Part shown: one piece after another, positions 32,711 through 46,663 of the stretch
Layout: every line of letters starts with the position of its first letter
Position numbering within the stretch: the first letter of the stretch is position 1
Source of the DNA: Thermoanaerobaculia bacterium
GTDB lineage: Bacteria; Acidobacteriota; Thermoanaerobaculia; Gp7-AA8
Direction of reading: 5' to 3'
DNA: 64,000 nt
Assembly (NCBI GenBank): GCA_963719365.1
Contig: OY970380.1
Span: 3,506,144-3,570,143, forward strand
The notes under the pieces: model-generated
Told to the model about the DNA's origin: nothing
Seen by the model: the letters and a program-made list of their open reading frames with translations, nothing else
Databases searched by the model: none
Translations under genes and position numbers: made by a program

Positions 32711-34414
32711 TCACGCGGCCTGCACTTCGGCCGGATGATCCTTCCAGTACTTGTTCATGATGACCTGCTGCACGATCGTCAATACATTCTGCATCAACCA
32801 GTAGAGCACGACGCCGGTCGGAAACTCCTTGAAAATCCATCCCATGATCAACGGCATGATCATGAACATCTTCTTCTGCGCCGGGTCCGCGGTCGAGGGC
32901 GTGATGGCCTGCTGGATGAACATCGTCACCGTCATCAGGATCGGCGTGATGTAGTACGGATCCTTCATCGAGAGGTCCTGAATCCACAACATGAAGGGCG
33001 CGCCGCGAAGCTCGATGGCGTGGGTCAGCAGACCGTAGAAGCCCCACAGAATCGGCACCTGCAGCACGAACGGGAGACAGCCGCCGGCAGGATTGATGCC
33101 TTCCTGCTGGTAGAGCTTCATCGTCTCCGTGTTCATTTTCTGGCGCTGCTCGGGATCGGTCTTGGCCTTCTTGTACTTGGCCTTGATCGCCTCCATCTTC
33201 GGCTGCAGCTTCTGCATCTTCTTCATCGAGACGATCCACTTGTGCTGCAGCGGATAGAGCACGAGTTTGATGATGAGCGTCAGGAGGATGATGGCGAAGC
33301 CGTAGTTCTTCGTGAACTTGTTCAGCCACAGAAGTGCAGCCAGGAAGAAGCGGGCGATGATGCCGAAGACGCCGAGTTGGAGAGTCTTTTCGAAGCCGTA
33401 GAGATCGACGACCTTCGCTTCTTTCGGGCCGAAGAATGATTGGCCGGTGACGACGCCATCGGGCGCGGCATTGACGCCGGCGAAGATCTCGCGGCGCTTC
33501 TCGTTCTTCGCGCCGGCGGGAACGTCGATCGCCCGCAGCAACGCACCGTTCGATTTCTCCGGACGCAGCGCGCTGAGGAAGTAGTTGTCCTCGATGCCGA
33601 CGTACTGCACGGAAGGAAACGCCGTGAGCGAGCCGGCCTTCTCGCGAGCGATGACTTTCAGGCTGTCATCGCGCTGATAAACGCCGTTGCCCGTGGTGAT
33701 GAACTGATTGTCCTTCTCCTCGGGACCGAGCGTTCGGATCCCGGGGCCGATGACGACGCGGTACGGAATCGGAGGTACAACCGACACCGCGAAGTTGAAG
33801 AGATACTCCCGCGTGAGCCGGAAGGTCTTCGTGACCGCGTGGACGCCGTCGGACCAGCGGTATTCGATGACGTGAGCGCCTTTGTCGTCGAATTCGCGAA
33901 CCGCGTAGAGAGCGCTGTTCGCGCGCTTGGTGAAACCGGGATCCGTTGCCTCGATCGCGAAGGGATAGTCGGTGCGACCGGACTCGCGCTCCTTGACCAG
34001 ATCGACGTTCTTCGTGTCGGTCTTCGAGCTCGGCTTCGCTTTGTAGTGCTTGAGCTCAAAGGAGACCAGCTCGCCGCCGCGGTTGGAGAAGCGGGCGGTG
34101 AAGTTCTCCCTGTCGAAGGTCGTCGTCTTCTGCGCGGAGTCTTCGACTGGTTGCACAACCGGAGCGGCGGCAGGCGTGTTGGCTGCCGTCGTGGTGGTGG
34201 TCGTCGTTGTGACCGCGGTCGTCGTTGGAGGATTTGACGAAGTCGCAGCAGGAGCTGGCGCCGAACCGGAAGTCGCAGTCGATGCAGTTGTCGTCTGCTC
34301 CACCGCCGGAACCGGCTTCTTCATCAGATCGGGAAACAGCTTCGGAGCCACAGCGGCCCAGAGCCAGAGAAATCCGATCGAGATCAATACAGCAGCAAAG
34401 ATTCTTTTTTCCAT
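32711..34414 (-). CDS. yidC: membrane protein insertase YidC
   Basis: N-terminal TM, large periplasmic domain, and a conserved C-terminal 5-TM core (KNYGFAIILLTLIIKLVLYPL...MPLIMGWIF). Confidence 0.9.
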   Translation of the reverse strand: MEKRIFAAVLISIGFLWLWAAVAPKLFPDLMKKPVPAVEQTTTASTATSGSAPAPAATSSNPPTTTAVTTTTTTTTAANTPAAAPVVQPVEDSAQKTTTFDRENFTARFSNRGGELVSFELKHYKAKPSSKTDTKNVDLVKERESGRTDYPFAIEATDPGFTKRANSALYAVREFDDKGAHVIEYRWSDGVHAVTKTFRLTREYLFNFAVSVVPPIPYRVVIGPGIRTLGPEEKDNQFITTGNGVYQRDDSLKVIAREKAGSLTAFPSVQYVGIEDNYFLSALRPEKSNGALLRAIDVPAGAKNEKRREIFAGVNAAPDGVVTGQSFFGPKEAKVVDLYGFEKTLQLGVFGIIARFFLAALLWLNKFTKNYGFAIILLTLIIKLVLYPLQHKWIVSMKKMQKLQPKMEAIKAKYKKAKTDPEQRQKMNTETMKLYQQEGINPAGGCLPFVLQVPILWGFYGLLTHAIELRGAPFMLWIQDLSMKDPYYITPILMTVTMFIQQAITPSTADPAQKKMFMIMPLIMGWIFKEFPTGVVLYWLMQNVLTIVQQVIMNKYWKDHPAEVQAA

Positions 34415-34415
34415 C

Positions 34416-34625
34416 TCAAGGGACGGGGTCCCAACCTCCAGGATTGAACGGGTGGCAGCGGGCCAGTCGGCGCAGGCCGAGCCAGACGCCGCGCAGTGTG
34501 CCGTGCTTTTCGATTGCCTGCATCATGAAAATGGAGCAGGTGGGGTCGAAGCGGCACATCGGCGGCAGCAGCGGCGAGAGAAATCGCTTGTAGAAACGGA
34601 GCGGAAGAATGGCGATGGCACGCAT
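34416..34625 (-). CDS. yidD: membrane protein insertion efficiency factor YidD
   Basis: [22 protein letters not shown]...[11 protein letters not shown] signature. Product is 69 aa. Confidence 0.85.
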   Translation of the reverse strand: MRAIAILPLRFYKRFLSPLLPPMCRFDPTCSIFMMQAIEKHGTLRGVWLGLRRLARCHPFNPGGWDPVP

Positions 34626-34628
34626 GAC

Positions 34629-35036
34629 TCATCGCGCCGCGCTTTCGGCAGCAACGCGCTGCAGGATGCGTTGAAGGTCGGGGCTGAATTCGCCCCAGGA
34701 CGTTTGCGCGGCATTCGGTTTCACGTTGACGACGATGTCGATCGCGCGCGCGTCGAGACTCAGCGGGCCGCGTTGACGGCGATAGGTTTCGCGCGTCCAC
34801 CGTTTCAATCGATTGCGCACGTTTGCTTTGCCGCTCTTCTTCGTCACGGTGACGCCGGCCCGCGAGTACGTCAGGCCGTTTGCTGCAAAAAAGACTACGC
34901 AATAGCGGGAGAAGAGTTTGCGGCCAGTCTCATAAACGCGAAGAAACTCGCGCCGTTTGGCCAACCTCTTCTCTTTGGGCAGCGCCTGCGATTCGGAGGC
35001 GCCAGCACCGGCTGCCAAAGGCCCCTTCACCGGCAT
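34629..35036 (-). CDS. rnpA: ribonuclease P protein component
   Basis: LPKEKRLAKRREFLRVYETGRK...RNRLKRWTRE basic RnpA motifs. Start is uncertain (35036 or 35063). Confidence 0.8.
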   Translation of the reverse strand: MPVKGPLAAGAGASESQALPKEKRLAKRREFLRVYETGRKLFSRYCVVFFAANGLTYSRAGVTVTKKSGKANVRNRLKRWTRETYRRQRGPLSLDARAIDIVVNVKPNAAQTSWGEFSPDLQRILQRVAAESAAR

Positions 35037-35070
35037 GATGCCTCCGGAACCTTCTGGACACACCGGCTGA

Positions 35071-35205
35071 TTAGACCGAAAGGCGCTTACGGCCCTTGCG
35101 GCGGCGGCGCGAGAGCACTGCCTGCCCGTCTTTGGTCTGCATGCGGACCAGAAAGCCGTGGGTGCGCTTGCGGCGGCGGTTGTTCGGTTGAAAAGTACGC
35201 TTCAT
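35071..35205 (-). CDS. rpmH: 50S ribosomal protein L34
   Basis: The minus strand translates to [44 protein letters not shown] (44 aa), the canonical L34. Absent from the ORF track because it is under 60 aa. Confidence 0.9.
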   Translation of the reverse strand: MKRTFQPNNRRRKRTHGFLVRMQTKDGQAVLSRRRRKGRKRLSV

Positions 35206-35483
35206 GATTTCGTTAACCCTCTGAAAAGAAAGCGGCGAGTATAGCGGCGGGTCGGAAAGTCGTCAAACCAGCCAGCGACCGGGCGGAACGTGGGGTGGTG
35301 ATGGGCTATTCCGTGACGCGGTTTCGGGGTCGCGCGGTTGCGCGAGGTCGCGCGGCGGCACGGTCTCCGCGTGAGGATCGGTCTTGTTTTCTACCGGCCT
35401 TCGAGACCGCGAGACCTCAAAAACCGCGCGACCGCACACAAACAATCCTGTGCTATATTCGCCCACCCTTTCCAGTCTCCGGA

Positions 35484-35514
35484 TTTTCCACAGTTGTGGA
35501 AAAGTTGTGGATTC
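35484..35514. promoter_or_regulatory. cluster of three DnaA-box-like 9-mers (TTTTCCACA, TGTGGAAAA, TGTGGATTC) upstream of dnaA
   Basis: Read directly from the sequence. Each is a one-mismatch variant of TTATCCACA. They lie 27-57 nt upstream of the dnaA ATG. Confidence 0.6.
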
Positions 35515-35540
35515 TCATAAAGATAGGCCGCGCCCCTCCG

Positions 35541-36848
35541 ATGAATCTATGGCAGCAAGTGCTCGACCGGCTGGAGCAAACCATCGAACGGACGCAGTAC
35601 AAAACGTGGTTTGTTCCGACCCGCTTTCTGGCCCAGAAGGGTGACACGATCGATGTCAGCGTACCGTCGCAGCGTTTCGTAAGCGAGATCCGCCAAAACT
35701 ACGCGCAACAGATCCGGTCGATCCTCGACGAGCTCTCGACCGATCACATCAATCTCCACCTCGTCGCGGACACAGAACTTGGTGGCGAGCCGGTTCTCCC
35801 GACGGGACCGGTGCCGTCCGTCGAGATGCCCGCCTCCATCTTCAATCCCCGCTACCGGTTCGAGACGTTCGTTGTCGGCAAATCTAACGAGCTTGCCTTC
35901 GCCGCCTCGAAATCGGTCGCTGAAAATCCGGCCGGCTCTTTCAACCCGCTCTTCATCTACGGCGGCGCCGGCCTCGGCAAAACCCATCTCATCCAGGCCA
36001 TCGCGCAACAGCTTCGCGACACGACCCCGGGCGCGAAGATCGTCTACACATCGGCGGATTCTTTCGTCACGGACTTCATCACCTCGATCCGCTACGACCG
36101 GATGCAGCAGTTCCGCGATCGTTATCGAAAAGTTGACGCTCTCCTCCTCGACGACATCCAGTTCATGGCCAACAAAGAACAGACGCAGGAGGAGTTCTTC
36201 CACACTTTCAATGCCCTTTACGAGACACAGCGACAGATCGTCTTCACCTCCGACGCGCCGCCGAAAGAGATCCCCACACTCGAGGACCGCCTTCGCTCCC
36301 GTTTTGAATGGGGATTGATCGCCGACATCCAGCCACCTGACCTCGAGACGAAGGTAGCAATCCTCCGCAAGAAGGCCGATGAGAAGAAGCTCGACCTTCC
36401 GCACGATGCCGCACTTTTTGTTGCGGAGCGCGTGCGAACGAACATCCGCGAGCTGGAAGGATTGCTCAACCGCATCGAAGTCTTCGCCTCGATGGCGGGG
36501 AAGAAACTCTCGCTGGAGCTGGTGAAGGAAGCACTCAAGGAGTTGCTGTCGAAAGACAACAAACCGATCACCGCGTCCGAAATCTCTCGCGTCGTCGCAG
36601 CACACTACGGAACGACGGTCACGAATCTCAAATCAAAGTCGAACGCAAAGACGGTCGCCTTCCCGCGCCAGGTGGCGATGTACATCTGCAAACATCTGAC
36701 GGATCTTTCCTATCCTGAGATCGGACGCTTCTTCAACGACAAGCATCACTCCACCGTCATGTACTCCGTCGAAAAGATCGACGAGAAAATGCAGAACGAT
36801 CCCCAGTTCGCGCGCGTGCTCGACGGCTTGATGAAGCAGTTCCGATGA
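35541..36848 (+). CDS. dnaA: chromosomal replication initiator protein DnaA
   Basis: Walker A GGAGLGKTHL, sensor/arginine finger region, and C-terminal DNA-binding helix (VAMYICKHLTDLSYPEIGRFFN..DHSTV). Start is taken at the ATG at 35541. Confidence 0.95.
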   Translation: MNLWQQVLDRLEQTIERTQYKTWFVPTRFLAQKGDTIDVSVPSQRFVSEIRQNYAQQIRSILDELSTDHINLHLVADTELGGEPVLPTGPVPSVEMPASIFNPRYRFETFVVGKSNELAFAASKSVAENPAGSFNPLFIYGGAGLGKTHLIQAIAQQLRDTTPGAKIVYTSADSFVTDFITSIRYDRMQQFRDRYRKVDALLLDDIQFMANKEQTQEEFFHTFNALYETQRQIVFTSDAPPKEIPTLEDRLRSRFEWGLIADIQPPDLETKVAILRKKADEKKLDLPHDAALFVAERVRTNIRELEGLLNRIEVFASMAGKKLSLELVKEALKELLSKDNKPITASEISRVVAAHYGTTVTNLKSKSNAKTVAFPRQVAMYICKHLTDLSYPEIGRFFNDKHHSTVMYSVEKIDEKMQNDPQFARVLDGLMKQFR

Positions 36849-37118
36849 ACAGTTGGCACTCTCACGAAGCACTTTCCACAGCACCTGCGGAAACGTCCAT
36901 CCAAAACCTGCGGAGAAAAACGACCGAGGATCACTTGCTCGCAACGACTGCGGAAAACGCGAACGTTCTCCTTCGTTTTTCCGCATCGAAACCCGCAGTT
37001 TTGAACTGGAAGGAACTGCTATACTTTCGAAACCTTTGCAGTGTGATGCCGGGTTTTTCCGCACGCATCCACTGCTTCCACTACTAAGAATAAAGAATTG
37101 GTTTTGAAGGAAGAAGAC
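36849..37118. promoter_or_regulatory. candidate oriC: dnaA-dnaN intergenic region with repeated TGCGGAAAA/TTTTCCGCA 9-mers and an AT-rich stretch
   Basis: Exact 9-mers at 36949-36957, 36977-36985 and 37055-37063. Near-variants at 36872-36880 (CTTTCCACA) and 36886-36894. AT-rich CTACTAAGAATAAAGAATTGGTTTTGAAGG at 37081-37110. Confidence 0.45.
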
Positions 37119-38249
37119 ATGGAGCTGACCGTCGCAAAGGCTGATCTTCAGAAAGAGCTGCAACTTTGCCAGGGAGTCGTCGAAAAGCGCTCGACGATTC
37201 CGATTCTGTCGAACGTGCTGCTCCGCGCGGCTGACGGCCGCCTGCAGATGGCCGCCACCGATCTGGACGTGACGATCCTCAGCTCCTGCGCGGCGCGCGT
37301 CACCACGCCTGGCGGCGTCACGATCGAAGCGAAACGATTGTTCGATATCGTTCGCTCGCTTCCCGACGACGACGTCCACATCACGCTGCAGGAAAACAAC
37401 TCGCTGCTTCTCGATTGCGGCACCGCGAAGTTCCGGCTCCTCGGATTGCCCGCCGAGGATTACCCGACACTGCCGACGGTGAATGCGACCGAGGCGTATG
37501 ACATCCCGCTCGACGAATTGAAGACGATGGTCGCAAAAGTGAAGTTTGCGATCACGCATGAAGAGACACGTTTCCAGTTGAACGGTGCGCTGCTGAAGAT
37601 CCAGCCTACGAAGATGGAGATGGTGGCCACCGATGGTCACCGCATGGCGCTCATCAACTTCCCGCAAGGCAACAACGGCGCGAAAAAAGGGACCGATCTC
37701 ACGATCCTGATTCCTCGCAAGGCGCTGGAAGAAATCATGCGTCTGGAGGCAGGCGAAAACGGGATCGTTCGTTTCGGCGTCTCCGAGAATCACCTTTTCT
37801 TCGAGGCTGCCGAGCGCCGCCTGCTCGCACGCATGATCGACGTCAACTTCCCGAACTACATGGAAGTCATCTCGCGCGACAACGACCGCAAAGTGCTCGT
37901 CGACCGCGAGCGTTTGCTCTCGACCATCCGCCGCATCTCGCTCGTCGCCAACGAACGGACACGTGCCGTGCGCTTCGATTTCGCGCCTGGAAAACTGACG
38001 GTCTCGTCGACGAACCCCGAGCTTGGTGATGCGCGCGAGACAGTTCCCATCGATTACGCCGGCAACCCGTTCTTCGTCGGCCTCAACGCGGCCTACGTCA
38101 CCGACTTTTTGAGCGCGGTCGACACGCAGCAGGTCTCGCTCGATCTCAAAGACGAGAACAGCCAGTGCATCGGCCGTCCCTCGGCAAACGACGCGGACAT
38201 CGCGTACGAATACCTGTACGTCGTGATGCCGATGCGTTTGACGGCGTGA
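37119..38249 (+). CDS. dnaN: DNA polymerase III beta sliding clamp
   Basis: MELTVAKADL N-terminus and three-domain clamp length. The AAGGAAG RBS is correctly spaced for the ATG at 37119; the upstream TTG at 37098 is less likely. Confidence 0.9.
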   Translation: MELTVAKADLQKELQLCQGVVEKRSTIPILSNVLLRAADGRLQMAATDLDVTILSSCAARVTTPGGVTIEAKRLFDIVRSLPDDDVHITLQENNSLLLDCGTAKFRLLGLPAEDYPTLPTVNATEAYDIPLDELKTMVAKVKFAITHEETRFQLNGALLKIQPTKMEMVATDGHRMALINFPQGNNGAKKGTDLTILIPRKALEEIMRLEAGENGIVRFGVSENHLFFEAAERRLLARMIDVNFPNYMEVISRDNDRKVLVDRERLLSTIRRISLVANERTRAVRFDFAPGKLTVSSTNPELGDARETVPIDYAGNPFFVGLNAAYVTDFLSAVDTQQVSLDLKDENSQCIGRPSANDADIAYEYLYVVMPMRLTA

Positions 38250-39316
38250 TCCTCCGCTCGATCGCGACCCAGGCGTTTCGGAACCTCGCCGCCGAAGAGG
38301 TTGCGTTTCACGAGCACGTCAACATCGTCGTCGGACGCAATGGGCAGGGGAAGACCAACCTGCTCGAGGCGATCTACTTTCTGGCGACGACGAAATCGTT
38401 TCGCACGTCGCGCGTGGCCAGCCTTTTCGCGTTTGGCTCGCCGAGCGTTTTCGTCTCCGGTCAGATGCATCGCTTCGGCGTGGACAAGACTCTTTCCGTC
38501 GGTCTGGAAACGGGCGAGACCAGGCGGCGCGCGCTGCTGATCAACGGGGAGCGCGTGCCGTTGGCGGTTTACGTCAATGCCATGAGTGTCTTCGCCTACT
38601 CGTCCGCGCGGCTCGACATTCTGCGCGGCGCGCCGGAAGAGCGGCGCCGTTTTCTCGATCGCGGTATCGCCAGCATCGACCCTGGCTATCTCGAAGCCGT
38701 GAGCCGCTACGGACGTGTTCTTCGTCAACGTAACGCCCTTCTGGCGAGCGGCAGCGCCTCTTCGCTCGCTGCCTGGGACGCGGAGCTCATCGTCTCGGCA
38801 GCGCCCATGCAGCATGGGCGTGCCGCCTACGCAGAAGCGTTGGCGTCGTCGTTCGCAGCGATCGTCGCAGAGCATGGCTATCACATCGACAAGTTGTCGA
38901 TCGCGTACAAGCCGAGCTCTGTCGACGATCTGCCCCGCATTCGCCGCGAGGAGCTTCGCGCGCGCATGTCGCTCGTCGGGCCGCAGCGCGATGTTCTTGA
39001 GTTTTCGGTCGACGGCAGGCCGGCAGTGGAGGTATTGTCGGGGGGCGAGCAGAAGATGGTGGTGCTCTTCCTGAAATTCGCCAAACTCGATCTTTTCCGG
39101 CGCCGTTTTGATGAGCCGGCGGTCTTCCTGCTCGACGACGTCGACGCCGAGCTCGACCTTGAAATCCTCGAGCAACTGCTGGTCAAACTCCCCTCTCGGA
39201 CGCAGGTTTTTGCGACCTCTGCCAAGGAGCGTTTTCTGCGAACGCTGGAGGCTGGTCCGCACCGGCGCTTACTCATTGAAAATGGGCGAGTTGCGGCGAC
39301 GAGCGATTTGCCGTGA
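38246..39316 (+). CDS. recF: DNA replication and repair protein RecF
   Basis: Walker A GRNGQGKTNLLEAI and SMC-like signature LSGGEQKMVVL. GTG start overlaps the dnaN stop (GTGA). Confidence 0.85.
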   Translation: MILRSIATQAFRNLAAEEVAFHEHVNIVVGRNGQGKTNLLEAIYFLATTKSFRTSRVASLFAFGSPSVFVSGQMHRFGVDKTLSVGLETGETRRRALLINGERVPLAVYVNAMSVFAYSSARLDILRGAPEERRRFLDRGIASIDPGYLEAVSRYGRVLRQRNALLASGSASSLAAWDAELIVSAAPMQHGRAAYAEALASSFAAIVAEHGYHIDKLSIAYKPSSVDDLPRIRREELRARMSLVGPQRDVLEFSVDGRPAVEVLSGGEQKMVVLFLKFAKLDLFRRRFDEPAVFLLDDVDAELDLEILEQLLVKLPSRTQVFATSAKERFLRTLEAGPHRRLLIENGRVAATSDLP

Positions 39317-39361
39317 AACGTTCCGTGGAACGCAATATTCGCGGTACAATTCGGGTTCTGA

Positions 39362-41911
<2,550 letters not shown>

Positions 41912-41913
41912 AG

Positions 41914-42005
41914 GGTTGCTGGGTTAGCAGGTTGCCAGGTTGCCTTACTAGCGACGCTCCTGTTCAGCCCTTGGCAACCTAGCAACGCAGCAACCCGGTA
42001 CCAAC
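41914..42005. repeat. intergenic hairpin element of GGTTGC and GCAACC units between gyrB and gyrA (repeat family 1, copy 2)
   Basis: GGTTGCTGGGTTAGCAGGTTGCCAGGTTGCC ... GGCAACCTAGCAACGCAGCAACCCGGTACCAAC. Confidence 0.5.
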
Positions 42006-42008
42006 TAC

Positions 42009-44654
<2,646 letters not shown>

Positions 44655-44687
44655 GTGGGCGTTGCATTCGCCGACGTACAATCAGTC

Positions 44688-44972
44688 ATGCACAAAATCT
44701 CGCGCGAGCGCGTGACGCAGCTCGCGCGCGACCTCCTGGAGGCGATGACGCGCACGAAAGCCGTCATGCTGCTGAAGGAGCGCGAAGTCGTCCGCCAGTC
44801 CATCGCCCACGCCCTGGCCGATGAGCTCAAACGCGAAGAAGAGCGCGAAGAGAACGTGCGCCGCCGCATCGCCACGATGAAGAAGCCGCCCGCGCTGCGT
44901 TCCCGCGACTACGACACACTCTTTCATCAGTTGATGGAGGAGGAGTATCTGCGCGAAGGACTGGATACTTAG
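44688..44972 (+). CDS. small charged coiled-coil hypothetical protein (DUF507-like, tentative)
   Basis: MHKISRERVTQLARDLLEAM... highly charged helical sequence. Family assignment is tentative. Confidence 0.35.
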   Translation: MHKISRERVTQLARDLLEAMTRTKAVMLLKEREVVRQSIAHALADELKREEEREENVRRRIATMKKPPALRSRDYDTLFHQLMEEEYLREGLDT

Positions 44973-45070
44973 GCGCTGGCGCGCGTTGTCAGAAGAACCA
45001 TCGAGCTATCGAGATCAAACGCGCGAAGCGCGACTAACCGACAACCGACAACGCGCCGAAGGCGCAAAAT
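44973..45070. repeat. hairpin built from CGCGTTGTC / CCGACAACCGACAACGCG units between convergent genes (repeat family 2, copy B)
   Basis: GGCGCGCGTTGTCAGAAGAACC ... CTAACCGACAACCGACAACGCGCCG. Its right arm is the reverse complement of the CGCGTTGTCGGTTGTCGGTT motif at 25557-25576. Confidence 0.5.
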
Positions 45071-45367
45071 TCAAGCGTCTGGCCGCGCCTCGGCCGCCTC
45101 AATTCCTGCCGGCTCATCGTCATCGTCCGACCGCATCTCAGTCCGCCAGCGTTGCGCTTTCATCTGTTCGAAAATCCCGCCCGTGTGTCCGGCAGGAATC
45201 CAAGAGTTGCCGCCGCACTTGGGGCAGCGTCCGCGGAAGGCGATGTTCTTTCCGCAATCGGGGCAGATGATCACGAACGAATGCGATAGCTCGAACTTCT
45301 GCTCACCCTCGGTGTCGAGGTTGTTCAGAAACGACGCCAGATTGCTGAAGGTATCTTCGAGTGACAT
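45071..45367 (-). CDS. zinc-ribbon domain protein
   Basis: CPDCGKNIAF...CPKCGG (two C-x2-C pairs) and an acidic C-terminus. Confidence 0.45.
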   Translation of the reverse strand: MSLEDTFSNLASFLNNLDTEGEQKFELSHSFVIICPDCGKNIAFRGRCPKCGGNSWIPAGHTGGIFEQMKAQRWRTEMRSDDDDEPAGIEAAEARPDA

Positions 45368-45385
45368 TGCCTGCTGCTCGGGCGG

Positions 45386-46663
45386 TCAAACTGCACGCGG
45401 CGTGCCGGGGTGTTTGCGCTCGTCTGGGGAAATGGTGCATTCGTCCACGAGCGCACGAACGCAGATCGTTGCCAGGATCGCCGCGCCCACGAAGGGAATG
45501 CCAAGTGACAGGTACGCAGAAAAAATCTTCAACCCTGTGACGCGGCTCAGCAGGGACAGTGGCATCACCGTTCCGGTCAGAATGAACGAGATCGCGAGCC
45601 ACCAGCGCCGGACTTGATGCGCGGGCGCTCCGGGCCGCAACTCGCGAGCGAGCAGCGCGAGATATGGAAACAGCAGCAGCATGAAGTAGTACTGCTGGTT
45701 GTGCGGCGGCAGCAGAACCATGGCTACGAGCAGCGTGCTCCACTCGAGATCTTCGGCCGCAGTGCAATTGCGTACTCGGAGAAAAAGCCAGCAGACTCCG
45801 GCGAGAGCAATGACGATCGCGCAACGGCTGAGAAGAGCCGGCGAAAGCGATGATCGCGTCCACTTCAGCAGCCGGATGATCATTCCGGACAGACTCTGAT
45901 TGAGGGCGGTGTCGATGAAACTTCCGTGGCGCAGTTGAACGACGGTCCCGCTGTGGCGCCAGCCGAAGACCAGTTCGGTGGCGATCGCAATCGGAACGAT
46001 CGCCAACATCGAAGCAACCAGCGCCCGATACTTCTTCTTCAAAAGAAAGTACGGCAGGAAAATCAACGGCAGGAACTTGGTCATCGCTGCAATGCCGATC
46101 GTGAATCCGCTTCCTGCCTCACGAACACGCCGCGTCATTGCATAAGCCGCGAAAATCAGGAGCAATTCGAAAATCTCGATCGTGCGCTGCGTGATCGCTT
46201 CGTACATCGGTCCGTAGTTGAGAATGGCCATCGCGCTCACCGACCACCAGATCCATGACTGACGGCCGCTCTCGAACACCCTTGCCGCCAGAATCAAAAT
46301 GGCGGTTAGAAACACGTAATTGACCAACAGCCAGGCGATGTAGGCAGCGCGAAGGTTGGGAAACGCTAACAATGGAAGGGTGATCAGATGTTCGACGGGG
46401 CCGTAATGCCACAGCGGATGGCCGGCGGGGCCGTAATACCAGGGAGGAGGGGCGACGCCGAACCCCACCGCCCACTTCGCGGCGAGACTGCCCTGGTATA
46501 GGTCCAGTCGACCTAGCAAAACGCTCAGGCGCCACGACGGAAAACTGGCCAGGAAGTCGCCGGAGAAATTGGTGAGCGGCTGCCGGATTCCCGAGGCAGC
46601 AAAATGCGCGGCGGTGTAGAGCCACGCCAACATTACGACGAAGACGCGCCAGACTTTTCTCAA
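45386..46663 (-). CDS. polytopic membrane protein, GT-C-like glycosyltransferase (DUF2029/GT87-like)
   Basis: About 11 predicted TM helices with an aromatic-rich profile. Overlaps the RNase G gene by 4 nt. Family assignment is tentative. Confidence 0.4.
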   Translation of the reverse strand: MRKVWRVFVVMLAWLYTAAHFAASGIRQPLTNFSGDFLASFPSWRLSVLLGRLDLYQGSLAAKWAVGFGVAPPPWYYGPAGHPLWHYGPVEHLITLPLLAFPNLRAAYIAWLLVNYVFLTAILILAARVFESGRQSWIWWSVSAMAILNYGPMYEAITQRTIEIFELLLIFAAYAMTRRVREAGSGFTIGIAAMTKFLPLIFLPYFLLKKKYRALVASMLAIVPIAIATELVFGWRHSGTVVQLRHGSFIDTALNQSLSGMIIRLLKWTRSSLSPALLSRCAIVIALAGVCWLFLRVRNCTAAEDLEWSTLLVAMVLLPPHNQQYYFMLLLFPYLALLARELRPGAPAHQVRRWWLAISFILTGTVMPLSLLSRVTGLKIFSAYLSLGIPFVGAAILATICVRALVDECTISPDERKHPGTPRAV

